Shown: positions 41,230-58,984, numbered from the stretch's first letter. The stretch: 64,000 nt of DNA from the human T2T-CHM13v2.0 reference genome, Homo sapiens (GCF_009914755.1 NC_060930.1); one strand, 5' to 3'. Translations and numbers: made by a program. Notes: a model not told the origin generated them from the letters alone.

Positions 41230-41335
41230 AAAGCAAAGCACAGATGGGAGGTGTGGAGACACAAAAAGGCATAGGACCCTGTGTTTCTCATGAGTGACAA
41301 ATGCTCATGCTTCTGCCAGCCCTAGGTTCATGTGA

Positions 41336-41711
<376 letters not shown>

Positions 41712-41951
41712 CGAAGCACTCTTTTTAGAGTTGGCCCAAAAGGTAAAATTCATACCAATTGGTAGGCTATAGTCCATCATTAAATATGAGTCTGTGTGTC
41801 TGAATTTGTGTGTATGTGTGTGTGTTAGAGAGAGATAAAGAGAGACAGACAGAGACAGAGAGCAGTACTGAGCAAGAGAGTGAGTGAGCATGGGGAAGAA
41901 AGTAAGGAGGAGAGGAAAAGGTTATGTGAATGATTAACAAGTAAAAAATAA

Positions 41952-42311
41952 TGTTACTGAAACACCAGGGGTTCAGTTTAGGTCCTGCTATTTGCTGCAC
42001 AGAAAGCCAACGACTGAGACAACAAGTATTGCCAAGGAAGAAGGCTTTAATCAGGTGCTGCAGTCCAGGAAATGGGAGCTCAGTCTCAAATCCATCTTCC
42101 TGATCAACTAAAATTAGAGGTTTATATAGCGGGGAAGAAATGTTAAATATGTATGGGAAAACAAGAATGTGGAAGGAGTAAGGGAGCAATTACAATGAAT
42201 GAGAGGCTGGTATCTCATTGTCTGGATCTGGTGAGTTTCAAGCTTTAAAACCAGAAGGATTAATTTCTATATTTAAGAAAAACTGTCTATGGGACTACTG
42301 GATCAGTTTCA
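41952..42311 (-). mobile_element. MER66-like ERV1 solo LTR
   Basis: Minus strand TGAAACTGATCCAGTAGTCCCATAGACAG...TATATAAA...ATTAAA...CAGTAACA; near-TSD ATAA/GTAA. Confidence 0.75.
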
Positions 42312-43292
42312 GTAAGATAGGCATATTAGAAATAAAGACTGTAAGGATTATAATAGCACATAGCTTTCCTCTTTAGATTGTTCCAAGGTAAACTTATTTT
42401 TAAAAATCCTTACATTCCAATCTTAACTGCTGCCTACTCACTTCTACCATTCTTTGATTACATATGGGAACAAATGTGGCACACCAATATAAAGGTGAGA
42501 GTAGTTGGAAGAAGAGGAAAAATATTTATTCATATATTAGGTCATCCAAAAAGCTTAAGATATGAGAAAATTCAGTATTTCTATAACCAGGCCAAAAACT
42601 AACTTGTCATTTCAAACTCCTTGGCATTTGGAAGCTTGAAAAATGCTTGCCTGGGCACCTATTCCTGGTAAAGTGCTAAGGAGAGACGCCTAAGGAAATT
42701 GAGGGGTCAGCCTGATGTTGGCTTAATCCTGGCTCCATTGTCTTCTGATCACATCACCCTTCTTATCTAATTGATGTGATCACTTGTTGAGTTATCTCAT
42801 CCAGTTATTCTCTTCCTGGTACAGTCTTCTATCCACTGTTGCAGAAGTATCTGCAGTAATTCAGGACAGCGCCGCTTTTCCCAGGAAGGGGTATTAGTGA
42901 AGCTGTCATTCTACCTTTCTGGAGAGCCTGATGGGCAGACTGGAGCTTGAGGTGTTATTGAAGGGTGCAGAGGTTGCTGCTGATCCCCTGTGTTTCTCTC
43001 TGTTGAACTCAGAATTCAGAATTTTATTTTTAAGAATGATTTTCCAACTTACCTAATATAAGAACAAGGGGTGTACTTCATGAAAATATTGATTCCTAAG
43101 CCCTTTCTTAGAAGATTCTGATTCAGGTGGGTAGAGTGAGTTCTTATAGTATTTCTAATCATTACCATTGATTCTTATGATCAGCCAAGTTTGAGGAGCA
43201 ATTGAAAGATTTATTATGATTTATTTCCAATGTACAGAGCCCTATAGGTCAAAGTTAGCACACCATCCCCAAATGTCATTATGCACAAATTA

Positions 43293-43633
<341 letters not shown>

Positions 43634-43734
43634 TTATTTACATCACTGAAATTAAATTAGTAACATTGTGTTTACAAGGATTTTTCATAAAGCTAAGGAT
43701 GTACAATAAATACAGTAATCTGATATTTTTTACA

Positions 43735-44824
<1,090 letters not shown>

Positions 44825-47159
44825 TTACACTTAAGGATACCAGCCTATAAGGTATTTTCATCCTGATATAAACCAGAAGCCTATGCATAATGACAATTGT
44901 GTGTTTCCATCCTTGTATTCCCTGTGCTGAGCATTATAATATGATATACATGTTGTATATACAAAGCCAGATGGATATCTTAACAAAGAGTTCACAACTC
45001 CAGCATCTCAGCACAGTGGTGACCTCCAGTCTGTTGACAGGTTGTGAGAACTCGATTGTTCTCTTTGCTGCAGCTAGAGCTCCTTCCAGGTGTCCAGAGG
45101 CTTCAAGCAGCCTCACTTGTTTAACCCGTTGTGCATTAAAAATTGTTTTTTTTCTGCATGCCATGATGAACCTGAAAGTTCAAAAAGTGCAGGGCTGGGC
45201 TAACAAAATGGAATTTGGGAGAACCAGAAATGGACGGGCACAGGAATGGTTCGATTCTTACCTCTGGCTGCAAGTTAATCTCCAGGGGAGCTTAAAAAAA
45301 GCTGATATCCAGCTTCCATATCTGTCCAATTACATGAGCATTTCAAGAGGGTGGGTCATAGGTATTTTTTAAAGCTCTCCTCTGTGGTTCCAATGTGCAG
45401 TCAGGGCTGGGAGCCGCGGGTGTTAAGCAAGGCAGAAAGGAAAGCAGACATCCAGAAACAAGGAAAGATGTTTTCACGCATGTTCCTCCTTCTTGAGTCT
45501 TCTCTTCAACTGCATGCAATGGACTCAACATGGACCCTGATGGAAGCCCGCATGTGGGAGCTGTAAGCAGACAGTACTGGGCAGAGGGATTTCTACGTGT
45601 GTCTGGGATCATTCCCAAGCCCACATTCCTTCTTCCTCACTGCCACCTCTCTCCCAAGTGGGCTCTGGGCTCCTTGCCATTGGGAAGGAATAGGGCAGTG
45701 TGGAAACAATACATTATTACAGGTGTTTCTGGTTTTTATAAACAAAAGCTTGAGCCTTAAGGGAAATTTAGTTGCTTCCCAGGCTTAGAGAGTGTGTTCT
45801 GGTGAAACATAAAGACAGGAGGACTTCCCTAGACTGGAGAGAGAGTCCTCTGAGAGAGAAGGACCTTGGCCTTCCTTCTTGGTAGCACTGCTGAGAAGAC
45901 AGCAATGCCCAAGAAAGCAATGCTGTGCTGTGAGTTTGCATAAACGGGAGCCCCAGAGGCCTTGACCAATTTCTCGTGCCCAAGCATGGCCCAGATGTAG
46001 TAGTGAGCCTCTGGTCCTGAGGACTGTGTTGACAGGGACAGTGGATATTTTGATAGAAAACTACATGTCCGATGACCAAAGGTAAGATTCCCCACTAGAG
46101 CACCCATTCATTCCCAATGCCTTAGCAGCGCCCATGTCGTAGACTTCATGACACAGCCCTAGGAAGTAAGAGTGGCGGATCCCCAGGAAGAACTGAGGTC
46201 ACTTATCTTTCTCTTTACCCTGGTGGAAGTGGGGCTCAGAGCCATGAACTTAGTATTCATGGGAATATAAATTCCCATGAAACAGTGGAAGCTTCATGTC
46301 TTGTGCTCCTGAGCTATTGGACTGAGATTTATACCTGTGTGCTGACACTTTCTTAAACAGTGAGGTAAGTCATAGGTATTAAGAGAAACTGGAGGCGACT
46401 AAACATGAATTAGGTGCACCATAACATCATGTTATGCTTCCATTATGGCATTTGTCACCTAGGAATAAAATTGATTACAGACCTGTGTTTTCCCCCATTA
46501 GACTTTATGTTATTTGAGAGCAAGGGCTGTTTCCTATCCAACTTCGTATTTTTAGCGCTTAGTGCTACGTTTGGCACAAAGGAAGCCATCAATTCATGAT
46601 GAGTAAATGAACCGCATAGGGAGGAGCTAGGAGGGGAAGGAAGCTCAAAGCAAAAGAGAGTCAGCAAAGCTCACCACAGTGACCAGTTTTAATGGCTGTC
46701 AAACAGATAACTACAGACTCTGAAATATAGGTAAGTTTCACAGCTGGAGAAATTATTTTTCTCTAGTCATAATTCATAAAACAATTACCTGCTCATACAA
46801 ATACTATAAAATGTTTTACAGCAAATTGTGATGTACAGCATTATATCTTATGTAATACAATTTGTGGTGCAGAACAGGTCTGATGATAAAATGGTTAAAG
46901 AAAATAACACAGATTTATTTGCATAGAGTGCCGTTAAGAGTTCCTGAACACTGAAGCTATTACTTCGAGCCTATCAGGAGAACGGTATTATGTTGGAACT
47001 CTTTGCACCTCGAGGGTTTGCATCACAATCCAAAGTATATAATATGAATGTTCGGCAGGCTGGGAAACCCAGCAGTAACAGCTGGGCAGGGGGACTTTTT
47101 TGTGCTGTTCAATTCATGCCCAGAACATGGTGGTCCACTGTCCTTAAAAGTAAGGCTAG

Positions 47160-47559
<400 letters not shown>

Positions 47560-48053
47560 TGAATAAATTGAATGAGCAAACATATTCCGACCTGCTTACA
47601 GAACTCTTATGAACATCTTGTAGTCAACATAAATAAATATGGGTTGATTGCTAAGACATTAAGGAAGAGTTAAAATTGGTATTGAATACTTACACCTGAA
47701 AACTTCTGAGGCCGCTACCTTTCACCTGGGGGAAGAGTCTCAGTGTCTTGCCCCTCAGTTTAGCCTTTAGTCATGTTCTGTTCAACAGTGCTATTAATGA
47801 CTTAAATAAGAAAATAAAGATTTCAAAGACCTTAAAAATTGTGTGCATGGGTGCAACATATTTTGATTTTAGTTATGATAATAGAAATAACATTATCATG
47901 ATAGAAAATGTGGAGAATATACAAGGAAAAATATTTAAATCTTATATATTTTAATACAGTTAAGATAATAATACACGATTTATTTTTAAATTTATATTTA
48001 TTTCGTACTTCTGTCATTTTGCCTGATATAAAAATTTTTTCCCATGTTATTCA

Positions 48054-48381
<328 letters not shown>

Positions 48382-48669
48382 GTAATTTTTAAGGATAGCA
48401 TTTCAATTTGCAGAAGTATAAATTAATTAGACATACCTTTTAAATGTTGGGTGTTTAAATTGTTTCTGTGTGTATGTGTATGTGTGTTATTAAAAACAAT
48501 GCTATGCTGATCACCTTTTTTCATAGGTGGCTCATAGGTAGTTCAAGGATTATTTCCTTGAGCAATCAGGAATATTCAGTCAAAAGGTATGAACAATTAT
48601 AGTTTGTTTTTTTTTCCCACACTGTTTTCTTGAAGGAACATTCCAAAAATGATCCTAAATAGCATAAAC

Positions 48670-48868
48670 TAGCACTGGACAGTAGAACTCTCTGTTTTGA
48701 TGGAAGTGTTCTATATCTGCATTAGTCAGTTTTGTAGCTCCTACCTCATGGTTACTGAGCATTTGAAATGTCAGTAATATGATTGGGGATACAAATTTTA
48801 ATTTTATTTAATTTTAATTAATTTAAATTCAAATGGCCACATGTGGCTACTGTAGTAGACATTACAGA
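48670..48868. mobile_element. MER3-like hAT element
   Basis: gatggaagtgttctatatctgc...actgagcatttgaaatgt...aatggccacatgtggcta resembles MER3. Confidence 0.75.
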
Positions 48869-49819
48869 TAGACAGTTCCTGGATCGATAGTGACCCAGGA
48901 ACTTGTCAGTGTCCACCCACAGCCTCACAGGCCTAGCCAATACAGTGTAGGAAAGGCCTTTTTGTCCACTGTCTGGGGAATTCCATTGCAACTAGAGGCC
49001 ATGGTGCCCAGGATAGGCTGGAAATGGAACAGTCTTACAATAGACTGATTGGTGTTTAAAAGACTCCAAAGGATTGGACAAGGCCATTATAGATTTTTCA
49101 GAGGCACAACTTCTACTCAGATTTTGAGAGTTCCCAAGCAGGATCGAGTTCAGTTACCGTCAGTGTTAATGGGCTAATTAATGCACTCTTTACAGGCTGT
49201 CTTACTATCCTGTTTCATTTTTCTGCTCCTTTCCTAGTATTTATTTGCACCCAAGATCTGTCAGGATCCACTTCTTGAAAAACCAAAATTAAGAGTGCTA
49301 CTCATTCCAAAAATATATCTACCTGTCAGCACAATTTGAAACACTATGTTCTGAGAGTATACAGTTTACGAGTTCAAGTGATAGAATCAAAAAAAATAAG
49401 GTCTACATGTTGGTTTTCCTCCTTTCTGGATGTATGACTTTGAACAAGTTACATAACCCTAAACCTCCTTTTCCTCATCTGCGAAAAGAAAGATCATAAC
49501 TGTACCTGGTTCATAAAACTGAGGCATCACAAAAAAACAATTAGCAAATGCTAGCACTTAGCATTTATTGCTCCTTTATTATTTCTTTTACTAATGGTAT
49601 GGCATGAAAGGGGCACTTGATACTATTTGCTAAGATAACCAATATTTTTAATGAAAAAATTACAATATTTTTCAAGATGCTTTTTGAAGGAATTGGCCAG
49701 TAGGAAGATAAAGAGAGAGCATTTCAGAGATGTGGTACAAGCTTCAGGTCATTTGATGCGTGACACGAGCTGAGATTACTGTGCCAAGCTTCTGATTGGC
49801 AGAGACAGGGCTGGCTGTC

Positions 49820-50155
49820 CTTCAGGAAGGACAGCACAATGAGTTTTCCAAACTTCAAAGTCTGAGGGCACAATCTCCCATAGGGCTTCCCCCACTTCAG
49901 GCACCAACTGCAAGTTCAGGGGTCTCCAGGGCTACCCTCACTTCTGGCTAGCTGGGTGGCTACAAATTTGTGGATTTCCATGACCACACTAGGTCCAGTA
50001 ATTCACTAGAAAGCATCACAGAACTCATTTAAGTGCTGTACTTATGATTACAGTTATTATTATACTTTAAGTTCTGGGATACATGTGCAGGATGTGCAGG
50101 TCTGTTAAATAGGTATACATGTGCCACGGTGGTTTGCTGCACCCATCAACCCTAT
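49820..50155. mobile_element. MER21-like LTR fragment followed by a short antisense L1PA 3' end (about 50055-50155)
   Basis: ggctacaaatttg...aattcactagaaagcatcacagaactc (MER21-like); tatactttaagttctgggatacatgtgcag (L1PA 3' terminus). Confidence 0.7.
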
Positions 50156-51039
50156 TAGACAACTTTTAACTCTCTGCCTTGATTGGTAGTGATCATTGAT
50201 GCTTTGGATTTCAAACTAAACATGGAAAGGATTTGATTTAAATTTCAGATGAACAGAAGCTTCACACTGTCCTCCCAGCAGTCCAGCAATGTGAATGAAA
50301 AGCAAATGAGGTCATCAAGGATCCCGAGCTGAACAGAGGAAAAAATGTCAAGCATCTGGTTGAGTTTCTATTCAACAGCGATTTCTTAGGAAGGAATCAC
50401 TTTAAAAAGCAAGACAGGCTGAAAGGTGATATTTGTTCTTTGGGGTATGCTGGTTTCTCTTTTTAAATCAAAACCCTGAAATAGAACCACTTGAATTCTA
50501 TCATCATGGAAGCTTATGGGCTGAATTTATAAGATGAATCTAGTGTTCAAGGTGTAGAAATCAACTTTGTTTTAAAAATTAATCTTATGACACATTCTCT
50601 CTAATACAAACTAGTTGCTTTTGCAATTAAGATGAAATTACTTCCTTTTAAAAAGTGGGGTTTATGGATAATCTTTTCATATACTCTGCAACCTGAATAT
50701 AGCCCCATACAATGCTGCATATGTCATTTATTACAAGTATCACAATTTGTAGAATGAATTCCCCAGAGAATGAATGCCAGGTTAAAATTAAATGCATTTG
50801 TCATTTTTGCAGAAATTTTGGTAGAAATTGCCAAACTGCCCTCCATAGGGATTTATCATTTATTTTTCATTGCTATTAGCAACACAGAAGAGTGATGTCT
50901 AACTCTCATCCTTCCTTGTCATTCATTGGAAGTTGCCAAACTATGGGATTTTTGTCACTTGTATGTAGTTAGCTGAGGCTTAATTTTTGCTTCTCTTATG
51001 TGTAAATTTAATTATTTCTTCATATGGTCAAAATCCATT

Positions 51040-51107
51040 TTTATTTATTTATTTATTTATTTATTTGAAACGGTGTTTCACTCTTGTTGCCCAAGCTGGA
51101 GTGCAAT
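51040..51107 (-). mobile_element. Very short 5'-truncated Alu with (TTTA)n tail
   Basis: (TTTA)n-GAAACGGTGTTTCACTCTTGTTGCCCAAGCTGGAGTGCAA. Confidence 0.8.
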
Positions 51108-51638
51108 TATTTATTTTTATATAAAGTACATATTTCTCTATTAGGTTCCTTGACTATTTCTTCTCAATATCAATAAGAGATTTCTTAAAGAAACTTAATG
51201 TTTAATTCATGTTCAACAAATGACACACATGTAAAGGGGACAATATGATACATTTTGACACACACATATATATCCATGAATATATGGCTATCTTTTCATA
51301 TATATGTATATCTCTATTTTCATAAAACAATTATCATAATCAATATAATGGACATTTCCATCATCCCAGAAGTTACATGTCCTGGATCACTACCAAATCT
51401 GCATAGCAAATTTGAACCAACGTGTAAGATGATGGTTGTGCTTGAACACATACAGAGCTCTGTTCAGAGTTCAGCCTACCACTGGTTTCCTCCCCTACAG
51501 ATAGGAAATGGGTGATCCATGCTCTAATATTCACTTGTCTTGTCAGAAATTGAAAACTAGTTTTTCTTTACACTCTAATCTTTATACATTTTTTCTAAAC
51601 TGTTTGAATACACAATAAACTTTAAAAGGAAATAGAGG

Positions 51639-51916
51639 GACAGGCACCATGGCTCATGCCAGTAATCCCAGCATTTTGGGAGGATTACTTGAGCCCAGGA
51701 GTTCGAGAACAGTCTGGGCAACATAGGGAGACCCTGTTTCTACTAGAAATAAAAATAAATTAGCCAGGCATGGTGGTGTGCATGTGTGGTCCCAGCAACT
51801 CAGGAGGCTGAGGTGGGAGGATCGCTTCAGCTTGGGAGGTCAAGGCTGCTGTGAGTGGTGATTGTGACACTGCACTCCAGCCTGGGCTACAGAGCATAAC
51901 CCTGTCTCAAAAAAAA
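51639..51916 (+). mobile_element. AluJ
   Basis: Diverged Alu; TSD AAAAGGAAATAG. Confidence 0.9.
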
Positions 51917-53177
51917 GGAAATAGGGAAATTGTAGTTCTTTAAATTGACAAATTGAGTTTATATTTTGACTTTATTAAAGTAATATGAAAACAGCTAAGT
52001 TTTTCTCTGATGTAACTTGCTTAAATGTAATCATATTGTCTTCTGGTAGAACTAAATCATATTGTGTGTAGTACTCTCATCATTCAACTCTAAGGTAAAA
52101 CTGTTATTTTTGCAAGTCCTTTTTTACAAACCAATTCCAAGTCTTTGCACTGAGTTTGAAAATAATAATTTTATTCCCTACTGTGCTTGAGCATTGTAGT
52201 GAGTTTTGAATTTAATAGTGGCTTTTTCAATGATGTAATTTTTCTTTTAAATTTCTTTTCATGGATTGGAAATCTAGATCATTAAGTATAAGGTCACTGT
52301 TATTAGATTGAACACAAAGTATCGGCAGTCAAAAAAACTAAAAGGAAGATTCTCTACCTGGATCATGGCCTGAGGCTTTCAAAACATATAGCTAAAATGA
52401 TAAGCTTTCAGACTCTCAAATTTTAGGTAAAAAGACATTGTGTTGAATCTAAGTCAATTGCTTCCTCAAAAGTTAATAATAGAGTAATTGCTTCTCAGTA
52501 TTCAAAAATGTTTATGAAACGAGTAAGTATAATATATGGTTTTATGTTCAAATTATGTAGTAGAGGCTAATTTTTTCAATTTGTATTTAAGTATAATGAG
52601 AATAACAAGAGTAACATTTACTGAGCAATTTATATGTTCCAAGAACTGTGCAAATGATTTACAGGTATTGTATCATTTACTCCTCTGTGTGGTAGCACTA
52701 TTGTTATGTTCACTCTGTAGTTGAGATGTAGAGATGTAGAAAAACAATTTAATAGCTAATAAGGAAAGCTGCTGGGTTTTGAACCTAGAGGTCAAACACC
52801 CAATACACATAACCTAAACAATTATTAAATCATTAGATTTTAATAATACTTTCAAGATGTTACTAGTTAAAGATTAGATATATCTATTACAGATTTTTAA
52901 ATGAGTGCATTGATTTTATTTCTCCAAGTCTTTGTATACAAATTATTTAGGAATTTTATTTAATAGCAAAACACTTCAAACTATTTAATTTTAAAAGTAG
53001 TTTTGTGGAAGTTTTGATTAAATACGGTGGATTACACATGTGTGTTAATCTCTGCAAAATAGTCTGTGCTATTTTGTTACACAGCATGAAGTGACAAAGA
53101 CAGCGGAAGTTAGACCTCAGGTCTCTTTCCCTGCCCTAAATAAATTATAGTTAAGAAGAAAGCAAGAAAATGATTGA

Positions 53178-53475
<298 letters not shown>

Positions 53476-55526
53476 ATGATTGACTTTTTATATTACCCAA
53501 GTTATCATGACCAGTTTATATTATGTAATCAGTAGTGCTGGTTATTTCATTAGATGAAAATATTGGTGTTTTGTCATTTGCATTAATCAGTAATTTTAGC
53601 CTGTTAAAGTTTTAACTTTTTTTGTTATGTTTTATAATTTTCCTTTTGACAATAGGCTTTTTATTTTGAAAGATTTTTCCCTTGTATCAACTTCATATGG
53701 TTACAAACAGGAAACTAACAAAAGATTCAGCCATTTGCATTTCATTGCAATCAATAAAATATTGCCCAATTTTATCCAACCCTGCTAATAATATAAAACC
53801 AACTCAAACTTAATATTTTTGAAAACTCATCATCATTTCTAACTTTATTATAGGTTTATTATAATTAATGACTACTATGTACTACATTAATTAAAAAATA
53901 AAGCTGTGCTGATTTTTTTTAAAAATGTTTTTTCTATCTTCAGCAGTTCAGGAAGAATGTGTTGATTATGAATTGTTGAGGACTGAAGGTCAAGGGGTCT
54001 GGGTAGTGAGGCGCTACTATTCTGTTTCACAAGAAATATGTCTCAATTAATGGTAACTTATTATTAAAATTATTTTTGAACACATATTTTAGTTGTATGC
54101 ATTACAGCCCCCCTCCACTCTATTATGCTCACATAATCCCCTGTATATAATTCTTTCCTAGCTAGTTCTCATATCTCATCTTTTTGCAAAGAACTTGGCA
54201 TTTTGTACTTGGTACATTTTGAATTGATCTAAATTTCTGAGCTATCTTGAAATACTTTTACCCAGAACTGCTGCCCAATGACCATTCAAAGGATAGAAAT
54301 GATAGAGATATATTTTGATAAGGGTCAGATTTTTTTTTTACTGCTTTAAAATGTCTAATAATTAATTAATAATGGTTGTCGTTATTGATTGCTGGATACT
54401 TCAAATACATATGCATTTATACTTCACCTTAATCCTTTGAAGTCAATGTTACCATCCTTATTGTATACACAAGGAGAGTGAGGCTCAGGGAGGTGAATAC
54501 ATTACCAACTCAAACTACTCGTAAGTGTCTTAACCAAGATTTGAATCTGATCTAAACAAGGGATTGTGTCTAAAAGTAAATGCAACCTCCAAATTGATTC
54601 AGGTAATACTTTAGTTTAGTTTATTAGTTGTGAGAATTCAGTGATTTTATGTTTGTGATTATTAAAAGGAACGCAAATGTAGGGTGTTTAAAAATATTTA
54701 TTTAGCAAAGTTTCAATTCGAAGTCTAGGAAACATAAAAAAACGATAAATGCTAAACCTATTTAGCTGTTGTTTTTGCAAATTTAAGTCACAATGAAAAT
54801 TAATTAGAATTAATTCTCAAAATAGGGGATTAAAATAAAAGAAAAAAGAACTAAAGATGCTGAATGTTCTCAATCATCATATTTTTAGTTTGTTTTATAG
54901 TTCAAAGTATTCCAAAGTCATACACATTTATAAAAAAACAAATTTTCAGCATTATCAATATTTTATAAAATGAAATTTATTCAGGGATAACTACGTGCAC
55001 AGAGGCAAAAACCCAATAGTCTTATGACTGGGGATTAATATTTATGTGATCAATGTTGGCAGTTAAGTCAATAATTGATAGTTATTAAAAACGAAAAAAT
55101 ATTGTGGGAAGATAGCAAGTGGATTATTTTATCAACTAATATTGTTTTTCTCCCTATAAAAAGTAGCATATAAAGATATTTGGAAATCAAAAATAATTAC
55201 TGACTTTTAGTTCTATCAAGTCAATTCTTTAAACTAATATGAGTAAGGAGGAACAATAGCAAGAGATCATGTTTAATTATTTTAAAAAAAGAAAGGGAGA
55301 AAGAAAATTGTCTCTTGGCATTTGTGAAGAATGATCAAAAGAAAAGTAAAAGGACAAAAAAAAAAATACTTGGTCTAGGAAATGCATGGTTCTAAAAGGA
55401 CCCTAGGAAAGAATACGAGCAAGAGGGGAAACTGAGCCCATGCTGTCCACATGCCCATATGGACATGGTAAACACATTACTGCTTGGCCATATGTGGACC
55501 AGGAAGGGATGGAGAAGACAAGGTAG

Positions 55527-55852
<326 letters not shown>

Positions 55853-57344
55853 AGTTTCCCAGATTTTAAGAAGAGGAGCAGAATGCTTGAGGAACACCTA
55901 AGAGATGATGTCTGAGAGAGAGTCATCAAACAACCACCAGAGGGCCAGAGAAGTGGACTGACTCTCCTGAGGCTACACAGCTACCTTGCAAATGGAGATA
56001 AAGCTGCCTCTATTTCCTGATTTCTAGTTTCTCACTCTTTCCGGCATATTGTGAAATGGTGTGGGGTGTACCATTTTCTAGGGTCTGCTTTGCAACCATG
56101 AGCGAAAGATGAGTAAACTGTAAACCATCTGTAGTGGCAGCTTAGAAAATATCTATCTGTAGGTATATTGAGGCACTTATATAAGCCATTAGGAGACTAG
56201 ATTGATGGAAAAATTTACAAATAAATTTTTAATATTACATCATTAAAGAAACCTTAGCCAGTGAAGGCGTTTTTTGGTTCACCAAATAATATTTATAATC
56301 AACTCTATAAATATAGATTTATAGGAGTTAAGAGCAAGAAGAGATCTAAGAAGTATGAAGTCCAACTACTTCTATTACAGATTTGAACACTGTAGAGGGG
56401 AGGTAAGAGAAAGACAGGTGAAGAACAAGCAAGCAACTGGGTCACTTGTCTGAGGTATCACAGTAAGTGAGACCAAAAAATGCTACAAGCCAGTACATTC
56501 CTATTTCTAAGTAAAAAAACACAAACCTTTATCAGTAGGTTGGTTTCCATTTTGAGGGGCAAGTTTTGCTCCAAACTTCTCTTCTTTCCTTTCCACTGCA
56601 GAAATTTGGTTCCTGGACCTAAGAAAAATGTGCCAAGCCACCTGACACACTCACTGTGGGTTGACCGGAAGACAAGCTAGTTGAGACCAGGGCTCCCTAT
56701 TCTTAATAGGAGGGGTGTGTCCAAGCTCAGCTTCCCAGAGCACTGCTGGCTTCTCACATTGCTGGGCAGCCAATATCATGTAAATAGCTAACAAGCCAAA
56801 TCCATTCTGTATAAAGCCTTATTAAACAGCAGAGCACCAGAAGAATTGGGTCCCTCTCCTGGAATGCAAACCCATGCTGCACATGTTATCAGCACAGCGC
56901 CTGGTATTATGATGTCCCTTCATGGAAAAAATAGAAGAAGGACAAGATTTCCTGCATTTTCTTCTTTTTCTGGCCTTAGCTCTGGAAGGTTCCTCTTCTC
57001 ACATACAACATTTTCCTTAACCCATACCATAAGATGCTGTGGAATTCCTCTGGAGTCCCAAGGCACCCACTGCTGATGACCCCAATTCATACAACAAGCA
57101 CCAAATCTCTGTGTGTCTTAATAAAAGATCCACAGGACCAAACAGAGTCAAAGAGGGAACACGTGGAATAAGCTGTAATGCTCAGAGATGGCAAAATGTC
57201 AGAGAGATGAGTAATCACAGACGTCTGTGGGATCAGAGGCAAAGGAAAATTCTTTCCATCCTATTAAATTATTGGCTCTTACATCAATTTTGAAAACAGT
57301 CTAAATCAATTTAGGAAAAGTCTGTAACAACATGTCATAGTGAA

Positions 57345-57718
57345 TGCTGTGGTTTAAATGTGTCCCTCAAAAATCGTGTGTTGGAAACGTAATTCCCAAT
57401 GTGACTGTGTTGGGAAGTGGGGCCTTTTGGGAAGTGTGTAGGTTGTGAGGGCCCTTCCCTTATGAATGAATTAATGCTGTTATTAAAAGGGCTTATGAGG
57501 TTTGATTCTCTCTCTTCTGCCCTTTTGTAATGTGAGGACACAGAGTCTGCCCCTCCCTTGCCCTTCCACCATGTGAGGACTCAGAAAGAATGCCCACACC
57601 GGATGCCAGTTCCTTGTTCTTAGACTTCCCGGCCTCAGAATTGTGAGGGAAGAAATTTTTGTTCCTTATAAATTACGCAGTCTCAAGTATTCTATTATAG
57701 CAGCATGAAACAAAGACA
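57345..57718 (+). mobile_element. MaLR solo LTR (MST type)
   Basis: TGCTGTGGTTTAAATGTGTCCC start, TATAGCAGCA...AAGACA end, 5-bp TSD GTGAA (57340-57344, 57719-57723). Confidence 0.88.
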
Positions 57719-58000
57719 GTGAACACCTGTCTTTACCTGGACTCCCTTCTCTCCTTCTACTAGTAATACCACCTCAGTATCTTGGAGGCACACTTCCTTC
57801 TCCTGTTGAATTCCTCTTTGGCGAACTGTCAGTCAGGATGCTCCAGTAGCCCCTGGCCAAAGGAGGCAACAAGACTCCTGCTGGGACAGTCAGACTCTCT
57901 TTGCCAGACATTTGAATATTGATCAGAGTGATACAAATCTAGAAACAGCTTTAGCTGATCTATTGGCCCCCTGAAGAACCTGTTTTGTACTTAAACCTCC

Positions 58001-58307
58001 TTTTTTTTTTTTTTTTTTTTTGAGATGGAGTCTCACTCTTGTCGCCCAGGCTGGAGTGCAATGGCGCAGTCTCGGCTCACTTCACTGCAACCTCTGCCTC
58101 CCGGGTTCAAGTGATTCTCCTGCTTCAGCCTCCCAAGGAGCTGGGACTACAGGTGTGTGCCACCACGCCCAGCTAATTTTTGTATTTTTGGTAGAGACAG
58201 GGTTTCACTATGTTGGCCAGGCTGGTCTTGAATCCCTGACCTTATGATCCACCTGCCTTGGTCTGCCAAAGTGCTAGGATTACAGGCATGAGCCACTGCA
58301 CCCGGCC
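58001..58307 (-). mobile_element. AluS
   Basis: Reverse-complement Alu; TSD-like CTTAAAC(C/T)TCCT. Confidence 0.92.
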
Positions 58308-58984
58308 TTAAACTTCCTGTGATTCTATTTGCTACCCTAAAACTTTTCAATAAATTTTCTTTTTTACTTAGCCTTTGTTTCTGTGACTTGCCACCAATTA
58401 CCCCTTACTAATATATAAGAAAATATTCTTTATATTAAATTAAAAAGCAAAATGGAAATATTTTAATACTAATATGAACACAACTTTGAAAAATTTCTTA
58501 TATTTGGAATAAAGACCCAAAAGGAGAGTGTTTGATGTTATCATCTGTCCCTGAAAAATGGGATGGAGTTAATTTTTTCCTATTCTACATTTTATTTTCT
58601 TTTTTTAATTTTTAATTTTAATTTTTTTTGAAAGAGGGCATACCTGGGAAAAAACAGCCACAGGTGTTTCTGTGACTGTGTTTTTCCCACCTATTCTACA
58701 TTTTCAGTAATGAATTTTCATTGTCTTTTAAAATGAACTTTATTTTTAAAAGTATATTTAAGAGACCTGATATTTTTCAGGATCAAATCCATTCGTTTAA
58801 TGTAGCTCTGAAAATATGGCAGGAAATTCAGTCCTGACTCCTACCAAACATACTACCGCCACCAGCAGCAACAAAAAACAGTGGAAAACTTTAAGGATAA
58901 GTGTCAATATTATCTGTTATGATTCTTTAGCTACTCATATTATAACCTTTTAATGCAACAGTATCTAAAGCCTATCAAGGGAGA

